From: a bacterium
GTDB lineage: Bacteria; Bdellovibrionota_C; UBA2361; CALJRW01
DNA length: 64,000 nucleotides
NCBI GenBank assembly: GCA_031385045.1
Contig: JANNBC010000048.1
Location: forward strand, 32,001 to 96,000
Direction: 5' to 3'
The translations under genes and the position numbers were made by a program. This document shows positions 28,816-37,952 of this stretch, in pieces. The notes under the pieces were generated by a model, which saw nothing but the letters and a program-made list of their open reading frames with translations, had not been told where the DNA came from and searched no databases. The first letter of the stretch is position 1, and each line of letters starts with the position of its first letter.

Positions 28816-29952
28816 TTGAAAAATATGAATAATTTAGAATTTAATTGGCAGAAGAATTCTTTAGGATCAAGCTTATTTATTTCGGGAGATTTAGTATTAA
28901 ATAATTTACCGATAGTACTTCCAACTGCGGAATTAAATCTAAATAGTCTAACAAAAGTAATAATCAATTGCTGCGCAGTTACTCAAATTGATACTAGTGG
29001 AGCAAATGCCTTGATACTGGCATTCATAGGGTTGGGGCTTTCTAAGGAGCAAATTGTTCTAGAGCAAATATCAAGTGAACAAGAAAATATCTTTAAGCTT
29101 GTAAACGAAAGATCGGAAACTAAAGACCAAGCAAAAACTCCTGAAAAGTTTTTTTTATATCGCTGGATTTATTCTCTGGGTATTTCAGCCGAGGCAGTAC
29201 TAAAAATTACCGCCTCGCATATCACTCTGCTGGGACACCTCATCTCAATTCTAACCTTCTATCTTTTTAATCCTAAAAAAATTAGATCACGAGAAATCTT
29301 TTCGCAACTAGAACAAACTGGCATACAAGCAATTCCAGTTGTCATGTTAGTAACTTTTTTAATTGGCATAGTCGTCTCTTATCTATTAGCGATGCAAGCT
29401 GAGAAATTTGGCGCTTCAATTTTTGTCGTTGATGGAGTTGCCTTAGCAATGTGTCGCGAGATGTCTCCGATCTTAGTTGCAATTATCCTTGCTGGTAGAT
29501 CAGGATCAGCTTTCACTGCTCAATTAGGGGCCATGAAGTTAACTGAAGAAATTGATGCCTTAAAAAGTATTGGACTAAATTCTTTTGATGTTTTGATTTT
29601 TCCAAGAATTTTTTCACTTTTAGTGGCCTTACCTTTACTCGTTTTTATCGGTGATATTGTTGGGATGTTTGGTGGTATGCTTGTTACTGATAATTACTTA
29701 AACTTAACAAGTACTTCGTTTATGCAAAGACTAGAACAAGTACTAACATTAAAACATGTCCTTGTTGGCTTAATTAAAGCCCCTGTTTTTGCTCTGGCAA
29801 TTGGCTTAATTGCTTGTCGAGTTGGGATGGAAGTAGAAAAAGATGCCCGGAGCGTTGGACTATCAACAACAAAAACTGTTGTGCGAAGCATCGTAGTTGT
29901 AATCTTAATGAATGCTGCCTTTACTGTTGTCTTTGCAAACTTAGGATTTTGA
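28816..29952 (+). CDS. mlaE: MlaE-family ABC permease with N-terminal STAS domain
   Basis: IDTSGA (STAS), REMSPIL, AGRSGSAFTAQLGAMK, EEIDAL. Start may be ATG 28825. Confidence 0.9.
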   Translation: MKNMNNLEFNWQKNSLGSSLFISGDLVLNNLPIVLPTAELNLNSLTKVIINCCAVTQIDTSGANALILAFIGLGLSKEQIVLEQISSEQENIFKLVNERSETKDQAKTPEKFFLYRWIYSLGISAEAVLKITASHITLLGHLISILTFYLFNPKKIRSREIFSQLEQTGIQAIPVVMLVTFLIGIVVSYLLAMQAEKFGASIFVVDGVALAMCREMSPILVAIILAGRSGSAFTAQLGAMKLTEEIDALKSIGLNSFDVLIFPRIFSLLVALPLLVFIGDIVGMFGGMLVTDNYLNLTSTSFMQRLEQVLTLKHVLVGLIKAPVFALAIGLIACRVGMEVEKDARSVGLSTTKTVVRSIVVVILMNAAFTVVFANLGF

Positions 29953-29953
29953 A

Positions 29954-30688
29954 ATGAGTCCAATTCTAGAAATAAAAAATCTGCATACCCAATTTGGCTC
30001 CCAAATAGTCCATAATGGTTTATCATTTACAATTACAGAACCTGCCTACATTGCACTAATTGGTGGAAGCGGTACTGGTAAGAGTGTTTTACTTAAACAG
30101 ATTATTGGCTTAAGCAAACCTAAATCTGGCGAAATATTAATCTTTGGTCAGACCCCAGACTATACCTTCAGTGAACAAGGGATTCAGGAAAATCCAGTGG
30201 GAATTCTTTTTCAACAAGGAGCACTTTTTTCCTCACTTTCGGTCTTAGAAAACGTCGAAGCACCACTTCGAGAACATACAAAACTTGATTTCACCGAACG
30301 TCGCAAAGTTGCTCGTTTAAAATTAGGACTGGCGGGCTTTCCACTTAGTTCGGAAAATAAAATGCCCAGCGAACTATCTGGTGGAATGTTAAAACGAGCA
30401 GCATTAGCAAGGGCGCTCGCATTAGAACCTAAACTGTTACTTTGCGATGAGCCAGCCTCCGGACTTGATCCAATTAATGCTCGTGCTTTCGATCGACTAA
30501 TGCTAACTTTGACACAATCTTTGAAAATTACGGCTCTGACTGTCACCCACGATCTAGCAAGTGTTTTAAATTATGCCAATCGAGTGATTGCCTTTGCCGA
30601 GGGTAAAATTTTAGCAGATGGAACCGCAACAGAGCTAGCAAAAGTTGATCATCCTTGGCTTTCTGAATATCTTAGTTCTGGAGAATAA
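29954..30688 (+). CDS. mlaF: MlaF-family ABC ATPase
   Basis: GGSGTGKS, LFQQGALF, LSGGM, DEPASGLDP. Confidence 0.9.
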   Translation: MSPILEIKNLHTQFGSQIVHNGLSFTITEPAYIALIGGSGTGKSVLLKQIIGLSKPKSGEILIFGQTPDYTFSEQGIQENPVGILFQQGALFSSLSVLENVEAPLREHTKLDFTERRKVARLKLGLAGFPLSSENKMPSELSGGMLKRAALARALALEPKLLLCDEPASGLDPINARAFDRLMLTLTQSLKITALTVTHDLASVLNYANRVIAFAEGKILADGTATELAKVDHPWLSEYLSSGE

Positions 30689-30692
30689 TAAT

Positions 30693-31535
30693 ATGGATCA
30701 AGATCCTAAATACTTTTTTATTGGCTTAATCGTTCTAACCTTAGTTGCTGGATTAAGCTTCTTTTTGCTCTGGGCAGCTAATTCTACCGAAGTTGCAGAA
30801 AAAATTAATTACGCTATTTACTTAAAAGCTCAATCTCCTGCTGGCCTCCAAAAAGATGGACTTGTAATGATGAAAGGTATCAAAGTTGGAACGGTGCAAG
30901 AGATCATGTTTGATCCAACAGATGTCGAGCGAGTCTTAGTTCAGATCGTGGCTGATAGTAATGCTCCTATTAAAACTGATACCGCCGCGATTGTCCGTAG
31001 TAATTATGTAACAAGCCTTTCATATATTGATCTAATTGACTCAACTAAAGAATCCCCACTGCTACGTGAGGTGGGCGAAAAGAAAAAAGGTCGCTTTTTT
31101 ATCCCAGAAGGAATAACCAAACTAGACGAGCTACAAAATACCTTGCCAGAAATTTTAGACAATACCAGCAACCTATTAAAGCAGATGGAAAAGTTTCTAA
31201 GTAACTCCAATGTCGCCCAGATTGCTAAGCTTCTAGAAAATACCGAGAAGATTACGGCTACAGTAGCCTCGCAAAGTGATGACATTGGCTCAGCTTTAAG
31301 CTCATTTTCAAAGGCGGCTAACAATTTATCTCAATTAACCCAAGATCTTAAAACGGCCATGCAAACTATTCTCGCCCAGACTAATAAAATTGCCGAAGAC
31401 TCGCAAAAACTTCTGACAAAAACAGCTAATAAGTTTGAACAAGCTGGAGATTCAGTTTCTAGTATGGCGCAAAGTATCAAGCAAGGAAAAGAAACTATCT
31501 TGGGACCAACAGAGAAAAATCTTTTAAACGACTAA
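30693..31535 (+). CDS. mlaD: MCE/MlaD-family substrate-binding protein
   Basis: TM helix, GLQKDGLV...GIKVGTV MCE motif, helical tail. Start set at ATG 30693. Confidence 0.85.
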   Translation: MDQDPKYFFIGLIVLTLVAGLSFFLLWAANSTEVAEKINYAIYLKAQSPAGLQKDGLVMMKGIKVGTVQEIMFDPTDVERVLVQIVADSNAPIKTDTAAIVRSNYVTSLSYIDLIDSTKESPLLREVGEKKKGRFFIPEGITKLDELQNTLPEILDNTSNLLKQMEKFLSNSNVAQIAKLLENTEKITATVASQSDDIGSALSSFSKAANNLSQLTQDLKTAMQTILAQTNKIAEDSQKLLTKTANKFEQAGDSVSSMAQSIKQGKETILGPTEKNLLND

Positions 31536-31542
31536 GACAATT

Positions 31543-32025
31543 ATGAAAAAAATATTTTTACCATTGATTATATTATTATTTACTTTACTTAATGGCTGTT
31601 CTCTAACAGGAAAAAGTGAGCCACTGCAATACTTCACCCTAAATCCAATAGAAAATAGTTGTTTAAGAACTATTAATCTTTCTGGTCCATCTTACTTATT
31701 ATCTGAGAAAATAATGTTAAAAAAGGGGCCGCATGCAATCGGCTCAATTAACAGTTCCTACTGGGTAACACCTTTGCAAATTTTAATCCCAGAAGTACTA
31801 ACTTCCTCCCGAGGCACCAAATCTTTAGATATTAAGATTGAAGAGCTAATTCTAAATCTAGACCAATCAAAAATACTTTTAAGAGCATTGATTAGAGATT
31901 GCTCCATAGCAAATTGCCAAGAAAGTCTGCTGATAGCGGAAGAAAAAACTAATAATGAAACATTAGCGATTGTGGAGGCTTATCAGCGAATACTAAATCA
32001 AGTTGTCAATAAATTATGTAGCTAA
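31543..32025 (+). CDS. ABC auxiliary lipoprotein (PqiC-like)
   Basis: Lipobox LNGC, YFTL and W motifs; last gene of the MCE operon. Confidence 0.65.
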   Translation: MKKIFLPLIILLFTLLNGCSLTGKSEPLQYFTLNPIENSCLRTINLSGPSYLLSEKIMLKKGPHAIGSINSSYWVTPLQILIPEVLTSSRGTKSLDIKIEELILNLDQSKILLRALIRDCSIANCQESLLIAEEKTNNETLAIVEAYQRILNQVVNKLCS

Positions 32026-32162
32026 AAAGTTGCTACTTCGCTCCTGTCGAAGATGCTGGCAGAGTAATGATTAATAGAATTACAGTTACTAATAAACTTA
32101 GCGGAAAAGGCAAAGTATTGTAAGCCTTGAATTCTTAAAATAATTCCCTCCGAAATCCAAAA

Positions 32163-32459
32163 TCAGGATTTATGACGAGAACTAAAATACTTTGTTACCT
32201 GCAAATAATCCTCATGAGTCCCACAAAAAGAGATCAAGGCAAAATACATAACTGCCCTGATGGTTTGCTTAAAGCCAAACTGAACATCTGCATCTGCTGC
32301 GAATGGCTGACTAAATTTTTCATCGGCTAATATCGTGGCAGGAGTAGGTTCAGATTTAATGGTAGGTTTAATTTCGGGTTTTAAAGGCTTCGGACGATCA
32401 ACTAAATTTAAATTAGCGAATGAGGGGAATGGAGCGGTGAGTTGTCCTGTCATAAGCAC
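32163..32459 (-). CDS. hypothetical protein
   Basis: 98-aa ORF filling an intergenic gap, with a GAGG RBS. Confidence 0.45.
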   Translation of the reverse strand: MLMTGQLTAPFPSFANLNLVDRPKPLKPEIKPTIKSEPTPATILADEKFSQPFAADADVQFGFKQTIRAVMYFALISFCGTHEDYLQVTKYFSSRHKS

Positions 32460-32615
32460 GGTGCCTCAAAAACCAAATTTAACTTAACTAAAAGCAATTA
32501 TTTTTTGAACTTATTCTATAGATAACAGCATATTTACCTACTGCCAATATACTAAAGTTAATTGGGGCTTAGTCTAATAATTCAGAACAAACGTTCAGTC
32601 AGGCAATTGCTGACA

Positions 32616-33296
32616 CTATGGAAAGTTTATCTCTGCAACTTGATTGGAATTAATTAATAGTGGCTCAATCTGAAAGGGAACAAAGCCAAGATCTGCAACC
32701 GAGAGAGTCGTCCCATCAGGAGAGGACTGCAGAGCTGTCAAAATCTCTAGGATCTCTTGCTTAGTTAACAATATCTCCCCCAAATCATTAGTCTTCAACC
32801 CGATTAGTTCTCGAGAACTCGGGCACGGGGCCGTTACACAACGAATGCCAGTATCAATCATCAATTTAACTTCCTGATTCTTGAGCACGACAGTTTGTGA
32901 TTTTAAGAGCAATTTGAGTTGTAAGCCATCAATTGATTGAAGCTCCGCGAAAGTGCGACATTTTTGATTATAACAAAGACTTTTAGTCGTCCTTAGAGCT
33001 TGATCTAAAGAACAAGATTGGGAAGGATAATGGCAGATCTCCTGTAGCTCCGCTCGATGTTTAATTAGCTGCGAAATAATTTCAGAATCTGTATGAGCAA
33101 CATCAGCAGCGCACAAGTCCCAATTAATACTAGCAGTCTGACATACTACCCCACTACTACAAGTATTTTTTATCGTAGAAACTAACTGTTGATAATTCCT
33201 CTCAACCGCTTGGCAATCAATTCTTCCTTGCTCTGCAACACTTATATTTGCAAGTAAAAAAATACTAAATAAATATCTTAGAAAAGCTTGATCCAT
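32616..33296 (-). CDS. secreted Cys-rich hypothetical protein
   Basis: Signal peptide, multiple Cys, GIRCVTAPCP motif. Confidence 0.7.
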   Translation of the reverse strand: MDQAFLRYLFSIFLLANISVAEQGRIDCQAVERNYQQLVSTIKNTCSSGVVCQTASINWDLCAADVAHTDSEIISQLIKHRAELQEICHYPSQSCSLDQALRTTKSLCYNQKCRTFAELQSIDGLQLKLLLKSQTVVLKNQEVKLMIDTGIRCVTAPCPSSRELIGLKTNDLGEILLTKQEILEILTALQSSPDGTTLSVADLGFVPFQIEPLLINSNQVAEINFP

Positions 33297-33328
33297 TGGG
33301 AATTTTTATTCAAATCAATAATCTTTGG

Positions 33329-34186
33329 TTAATTAAACATCGTGCATTGATCGAGTCTTGGTCTTTTAATTAAAATTTTTATTGTAGTTTCAATCGCATC
33401 ATATTGCATTGCCACTCGTTCTTTTAAATCATCAGTAGTTAAGGTTTCCACAGTAATTGACATGCAATGCTCACCGTTAGTCACAAATCTATCCAGTAAT
33501 GCCGCCTCACGAAGATGTAAATTTTGATTATCTTCCGTACAGTGAATTACGCCAGCATTAATTTCAGCACCATAAAGTCGCTTAGCATGGTGGACCAAAT
33601 GTCCTGAACTCTGCCAATTATCAATAATCCTACCTGCAATCGGATAGGTATGGTTTGGAACACCATGTAAATACAAATAAGATCCTATTGGATCATCAGA
33701 CTCTCCCAAATCCATTGGAGAGGTTGGATTATCCTCATGAAGGTGTAGTAAAAAATCTATCGATTTTCCCCATCTGTTCATCGATAAGATTAACTGCCTA
33801 GCTTCAGGAACATTTGTCTCAAAATAAAACTCACGATTAATATCTTGACCTTTAGCTGTCAATCGCGTTCCAGCATTAAATCCATCAGGATTGACGCATG
33901 GGTAATAAACTAAATTAACCTGATCGAGATACTTATGGGCTTCATTAGTCCAAAATTTATGAGCTGCTTCAACCCCAGCAACTTCATCCCCATGAGTTCC
34001 AGCAACAATCATTAAGGTTGGTAAATTTGGATCTGTAATCTGAGTCAGCATAACAAGAGCCTTTCCTAGCTGTGAATAACCATAGCAAGTTCGTTTTTGA
34101 TGAATAAAATCAGCTGAAGAATCAAGCAATGATTTTAGTAGTTTTGCAGAGGGAGCTTGTGCTTCAAATCGGCTCGACAACATCAT
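33329..34186 (-). CDS. M14-family metallocarboxypeptidase / succinylglutamate desuccinylase-like
   Basis: GTHGDE (HxxE), NPDG, DINR, LHLHE, ITVET. Confidence 0.85.
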   Translation of the reverse strand: MMLSSRFEAQAPSAKLLKSLLDSSADFIHQKRTCYGYSQLGKALVMLTQITDPNLPTLMIVAGTHGDEVAGVEAAHKFWTNEAHKYLDQVNLVYYPCVNPDGFNAGTRLTAKGQDINREFYFETNVPEARQLILSMNRWGKSIDFLLHLHEDNPTSPMDLGESDDPIGSYLYLHGVPNHTYPIAGRIIDNWQSSGHLVHHAKRLYGAEINAGVIHCTEDNQNLHLREAALLDRFVTNGEHCMSITVETLTTDDLKERVAMQYDAIETTIKILIKRPRLDQCTMFN

Positions 34187-34209
34187 AAAATTGAACCTTA
34201 TTAAGATCT

Positions 34210-34400
34210 ATAGTGAGTCCAAAAAATAAATTACTTTAAAAACTGACGATTTTGTTTGGACTCCCTATTTATGTTGTTTTTAGCTATGCAAACTTGGATA
34301 TCCACCGCCGCAATTGCTTCGGCGTGACAAGAATCCAAGATTTGCATTAGCCGTAATGACAGTATTTAATTTACTAACGTAAATTATTTTTTGTCATTAC
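34210..34400. repeat. cluster of three inverted-repeat hairpin elements
   Basis: ATAGTGAGTCCAAA/TTTGGACTCCCTAT (34210-34268), TGCAAACTTGGA/TCCAAGATTTGCA (~34283-34351), GTAATGACA/TGTCATTAC (34353-34400). Confidence 0.6.
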
Positions 34401-34572
34401 TTTACAATTCAGTAAAGGTTTTATTAGCTTGATCCTAAAAAATCCTTACCCTTGTTCTCAATATCCTCCAATTTTTGTTGATAACCTAGAAAAATCTTAA
34501 TTCTATGAATGGTTGTTCTTTTTTAAAGGAATTAATTGGATTAAGAAAAATTTATGATTTATACACCAAAGA

Positions 34573-34803
34573 TTACTTAATTCGTAAGTCGCAACTCTCA
34601 TCTATTAAATCATAAATTATTTCCGCCTCACCTCTTTCTAGCTGACGAATGACCTGAGAAACTTTTTGATCAAGCGAGTATTCCTCCATTCCATAATCAG
34701 TGCCTTCTCTTAAAATAAAAGACTCAATGACACCTCTTAAGGCTTCAACAGATAATTCTTGATAAGAAACTACGATTAAATTTTTTGATTCATTCTGAGA
34801 CAT
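34573..34803 (-). CDS. yheU: YheU (UPF0270) family protein
   Basis: LRGVIESFILREGTDYG, QVIRQLERGEA. Confidence 0.88.
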   Translation of the reverse strand: MSQNESKNLIVVSYQELSVEALRGVIESFILREGTDYGMEEYSLDQKVSQVIRQLERGEAEIIYDLIDESCDLRIK

Positions 34804-34805
34804 AG

Positions 34806-37800
34806 CTATACTATTTTTACTTCTAAGGTTTCTAAATAAACTATTTTACATGAAATTTGACTAAAAGGGATTTGATACATTTCACTAACCGCTTCCTTGT
34901 AGCTTTCGAGCTGTTCTGTATGAAATTGATAATGCTTAGACGGGATTAAATCACTTTTAAAATCAATAATCTCAGCATACTTTACTTGACCATTCAAACA
35001 GCCAAGAACTAAGCGATCAATTGTCCCGACACTTAAACCTTTTTGTGTAACTACAGTAAAACGCCGCTCTCGCTCTACTTTTAAATCATGATTAACCCAT
35101 TGCTGATAACTGGCTCTGCTTAATAAATTAATAATTGCCGGCTCTTGGATATTTTTTAGAAAGAAAGCTACAGCTTCATGTACTTCTTCCTCGGCACAGA
35201 GATGCTGTCCATTAGACCAGTCTAATAAATCTTTTAAAACTCTTTCCGGCTGAGCGGAAAAAGTATCAATCCAATCAATTGATTCGTAGAGGCGATGTAA
35301 AAGTGTCCCTTTATTCCGAGCTTTCTTACCCTCGATACTATGCCCGCGAAACTGTACTTTCGTTTTAGTTTTAGAAGGAGTAACACGAGGAATATTTCTT
35401 AATCCTAAGGTCTGAGTGCCCGCAAAGTTTGGATTAAGTGAAATCACTATCTCAGGTTTCACTTCCTGATTGTTTTTACTAATCAACCGATTCCAATTAA
35501 TATCCCCTTCAGAATAAATCAGTTGCGCCTCGATTATATCAGCATTTTTTCCTTTAGACTTCTTCCGACTATCTTGGCTAGCAATAACTTGATTAGCATT
35601 TGCTAACAGCTTTCCAACTGTTGCAGAAGATTTTTGAGTATCTGTAAAAAGATATAGTGCATAACGTGCCCTAGTAAGTGCAACATATAAAACACTTAAA
35701 GCATCAACAGCTTCAGCAACTTGTTCTTCATGATATGGCGCATTAAGTTCAGAATGAATTACTCTTACCTTTTCTGGAAGACTAACTAGGACTCTACTTG
35801 GCGCTTCAAAGATAGAACTTTTATAAGTCATGACTGGCTTAGCATGGAAGCGGCTAATCTCATGATCTAAATCTGCCAAGAAAACAGCATCAAATTCTAA
35901 TCCTTTAGATTGATGAATTGTCATTACCTTCACAGGACTTTGTTCTGGATCAGGTATTTTCAATTTTCTAACATATTCTACAAATGCCGTGAGCGAAGCA
36001 GTCTTTCCTTGGTTAAAGGTAATTGTGGCATTCACTACCTGTTGTAACTTTGTTTGGTCTCTGGCGGCACACAAAGAATCAAGTTGTCTCGCTAATTCGG
36101 CTAAAACTGACCTGAGATTTTGATTAAGCAATTTATTTCGAAAATTTCTTCCAAGCAGATCAAGCTCTTCTAAAGAAGCAGTTCTTGCTATCCCAAAAGC
36201 CTCAGCCAAAGGAGAACTAGCTACATGATAATGAGCAATTCTATCCGCGGGATGATCCATTAGCCAAAGAAAGGAGAGTAGCGTTGTCACCACTGGCGAA
36301 TCAGTTAAGAATGAGCCACCCTCACCACTTGCAGGCACAGAACGTTTTTTGAGTTCATATAAACACTTAGCTAAAGCTTGATGATTTCGAACTAATACTC
36401 CAATCGAAATAGTAGGGTTCGCTAAATAAAGACTTTGAACCTGATCCGCCATTAAAGTAATAGAAGACTCCTCTCCCACTGCAACAAACGATACATACCC
36501 AGGAAGTTCTTGATTAAACGCAGTATGCCGATCAAAACGTTTCTGCCAAATAGATCCAGCTTGTTGGAAGCGAGCAAGAACAGTATTCTCACTGATTTTT
36601 TCAAAAATATAATTCACATAGTCCAAAACAATTTGAGAAGAGCGACGAGACACCTCTAACCGCTCAGTCTCTAGCTGCTCCCAACGCGACTCAAGCTGAT
36701 CAAATATTTCGGCAACCCCACCACGAAAACCATAAATCGCTTGTTTCGTATCACCAACACAAAAAAAACTATGACTTCCATCAGCATGAGCTAGCACCTC
36801 AGCTACAATTGGTTCTAATAAAACCCATTCGGCAAGTGATGTATCTTGAAATTCATCTAATAAAATATGATTAATTTTAGTATCAATTCTAAAATATAAA
36901 TCGGTCAGATTTTCAGAAATTGTTGCTTGTTGTAAAAGTCTTTTGATATCATCAAAAGACACAGCGTTAGCTAGATTACGTTGCCCCTCATAAAGTTGCA
37001 CCAGACTTTCCATTAAAACTCTTAGTGCAACCGTTTGCTGATGGGTTCGATTTAAAACACGATAACGAATTTGTTGAACGATTGGTCGAGTAAGTTGTAA
37101 AAGCTCCTCAGGAATCTCTACTTTATTGAAGGAATCTGGTTCTCCAATAATTAGCTTCTGTAAAAGCTTACTGTCCTCATTTAAGCTCCTCCCTTCCCAG
37201 TATCCAGAGCCATTAACTAAATCAATAATTTTATTTAATCCATTTTGGAAATGTATGTTGGGCTTGCCAGATTTATTAAGTGGAACTGAAAAATTTTGAA
37301 GTTGCTTGATTGCTTCCAGTAAATCTTCTGCTTTCGGCTCCGGACATTGAAAATCACAATTCCATGATTCTTTGGTACTTGTATAGATCAGCTCTTGTAG
37401 TTTAGAGACTTTATCAACTAAGGCACCATGAACCTTGCGAGTTCCTTGGTTATTTTGAAGTAAGGCAAGCAACTCTAATAGCTTTGCACTATCCTGACAA
37501 AGCTCTTTTACTGCTTCATCAAAAAATGTTGTTGTTTCCGATGGATCTAAGATCCGCCAACTTGTAGGCAACCTCAACTCGGCGGTAAAACTTTTTGCCA
37601 GACTAATAAAAAAGCTATCTAAGGTCCTAATCTGTAAGCGGTGTTGAAAGGCAATGAAATTTTTTAAAGTTACCACAACCTTTTCCAGTTTTAAATTAGC
37701 AATATCTAACTCCTGGCCAAGTTGCCTAGCTTTTTGTGAATCTGTTGCTCCCACAACCAAACGTTGGAGAATACGTTCCCGAATTTCGCCTGCTGCCTTT

Positions 37801-37952
37801 TTTGTAAAAGTTGTTGCCAAAATCTTATCAGGCTGTTCACCAAAGAGTAATAATTGTAAGTAACGTGACGATAGCTGAAAGGTTTTTCCTGTTCCAGCGC
37901 TAGCACGAACAACTTTTGGTGGTAGTAAGGACTCCACAGATAGATTAGACAT
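34806..37952 (-). CDS. addA: AddA-like helicase-nuclease (UvrD helicase plus PD-(D/E)XK nuclease)
   Basis: ASAGTGKT, TFTKKAA, LLDEFQDT, VGDTKQAIYGFRG, MTIHQSKGLEF, YVALTRA, GTIDRL...IIDFK. Start set at ATG 37952, overlapping the addB stop. Confidence 0.88.
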   Translation of the reverse strand: MSNLSVESLLPPKVVRASAGTGKTFQLSSRYLQLLLFGEQPDKILATTFTKKAAGEIRERILQRLVVGATDSQKARQLGQELDIANLKLEKVVVTLKNFIAFQHRLQIRTLDSFFISLAKSFTAELRLPTSWRILDPSETTTFFDEAVKELCQDSAKLLELLALLQNNQGTRKVHGALVDKVSKLQELIYTSTKESWNCDFQCPEPKAEDLLEAIKQLQNFSVPLNKSGKPNIHFQNGLNKIIDLVNGSGYWEGRSLNEDSKLLQKLIIGEPDSFNKVEIPEELLQLTRPIVQQIRYRVLNRTHQQTVALRVLMESLVQLYEGQRNLANAVSFDDIKRLLQQATISENLTDLYFRIDTKINHILLDEFQDTSLAEWVLLEPIVAEVLAHADGSHSFFCVGDTKQAIYGFRGGVAEIFDQLESRWEQLETERLEVSRRSSQIVLDYVNYIFEKISENTVLARFQQAGSIWQKRFDRHTAFNQELPGYVSFVAVGEESSITLMADQVQSLYLANPTISIGVLVRNHQALAKCLYELKKRSVPASGEGGSFLTDSPVVTTLLSFLWLMDHPADRIAHYHVASSPLAEAFGIARTASLEELDLLGRNFRNKLLNQNLRSVLAELARQLDSLCAARDQTKLQQVVNATITFNQGKTASLTAFVEYVRKLKIPDPEQSPVKVMTIHQSKGLEFDAVFLADLDHEISRFHAKPVMTYKSSIFEAPSRVLVSLPEKVRVIHSELNAPYHEEQVAEAVDALSVLYVALTRARYALYLFTDTQKSSATVGKLLANANQVIASQDSRKKSKGKNADIIEAQLIYSEGDINWNRLISKNNQEVKPEIVISLNPNFAGTQTLGLRNIPRVTPSKTKTKVQFRGHSIEGKKARNKGTLLHRLYESIDWIDTFSAQPERVLKDLLDWSNGQHLCAEEEVHEAVAFFLKNIQEPAIINLLSRASYQQWVNHDLKVERERRFTVVTQKGLSVGTIDRLVLGCLNGQVKYAEIIDFKSDLIPSKHYQFHTEQLESYKEAVSEMYQIPFSQISCKIVYLETLEVKIV

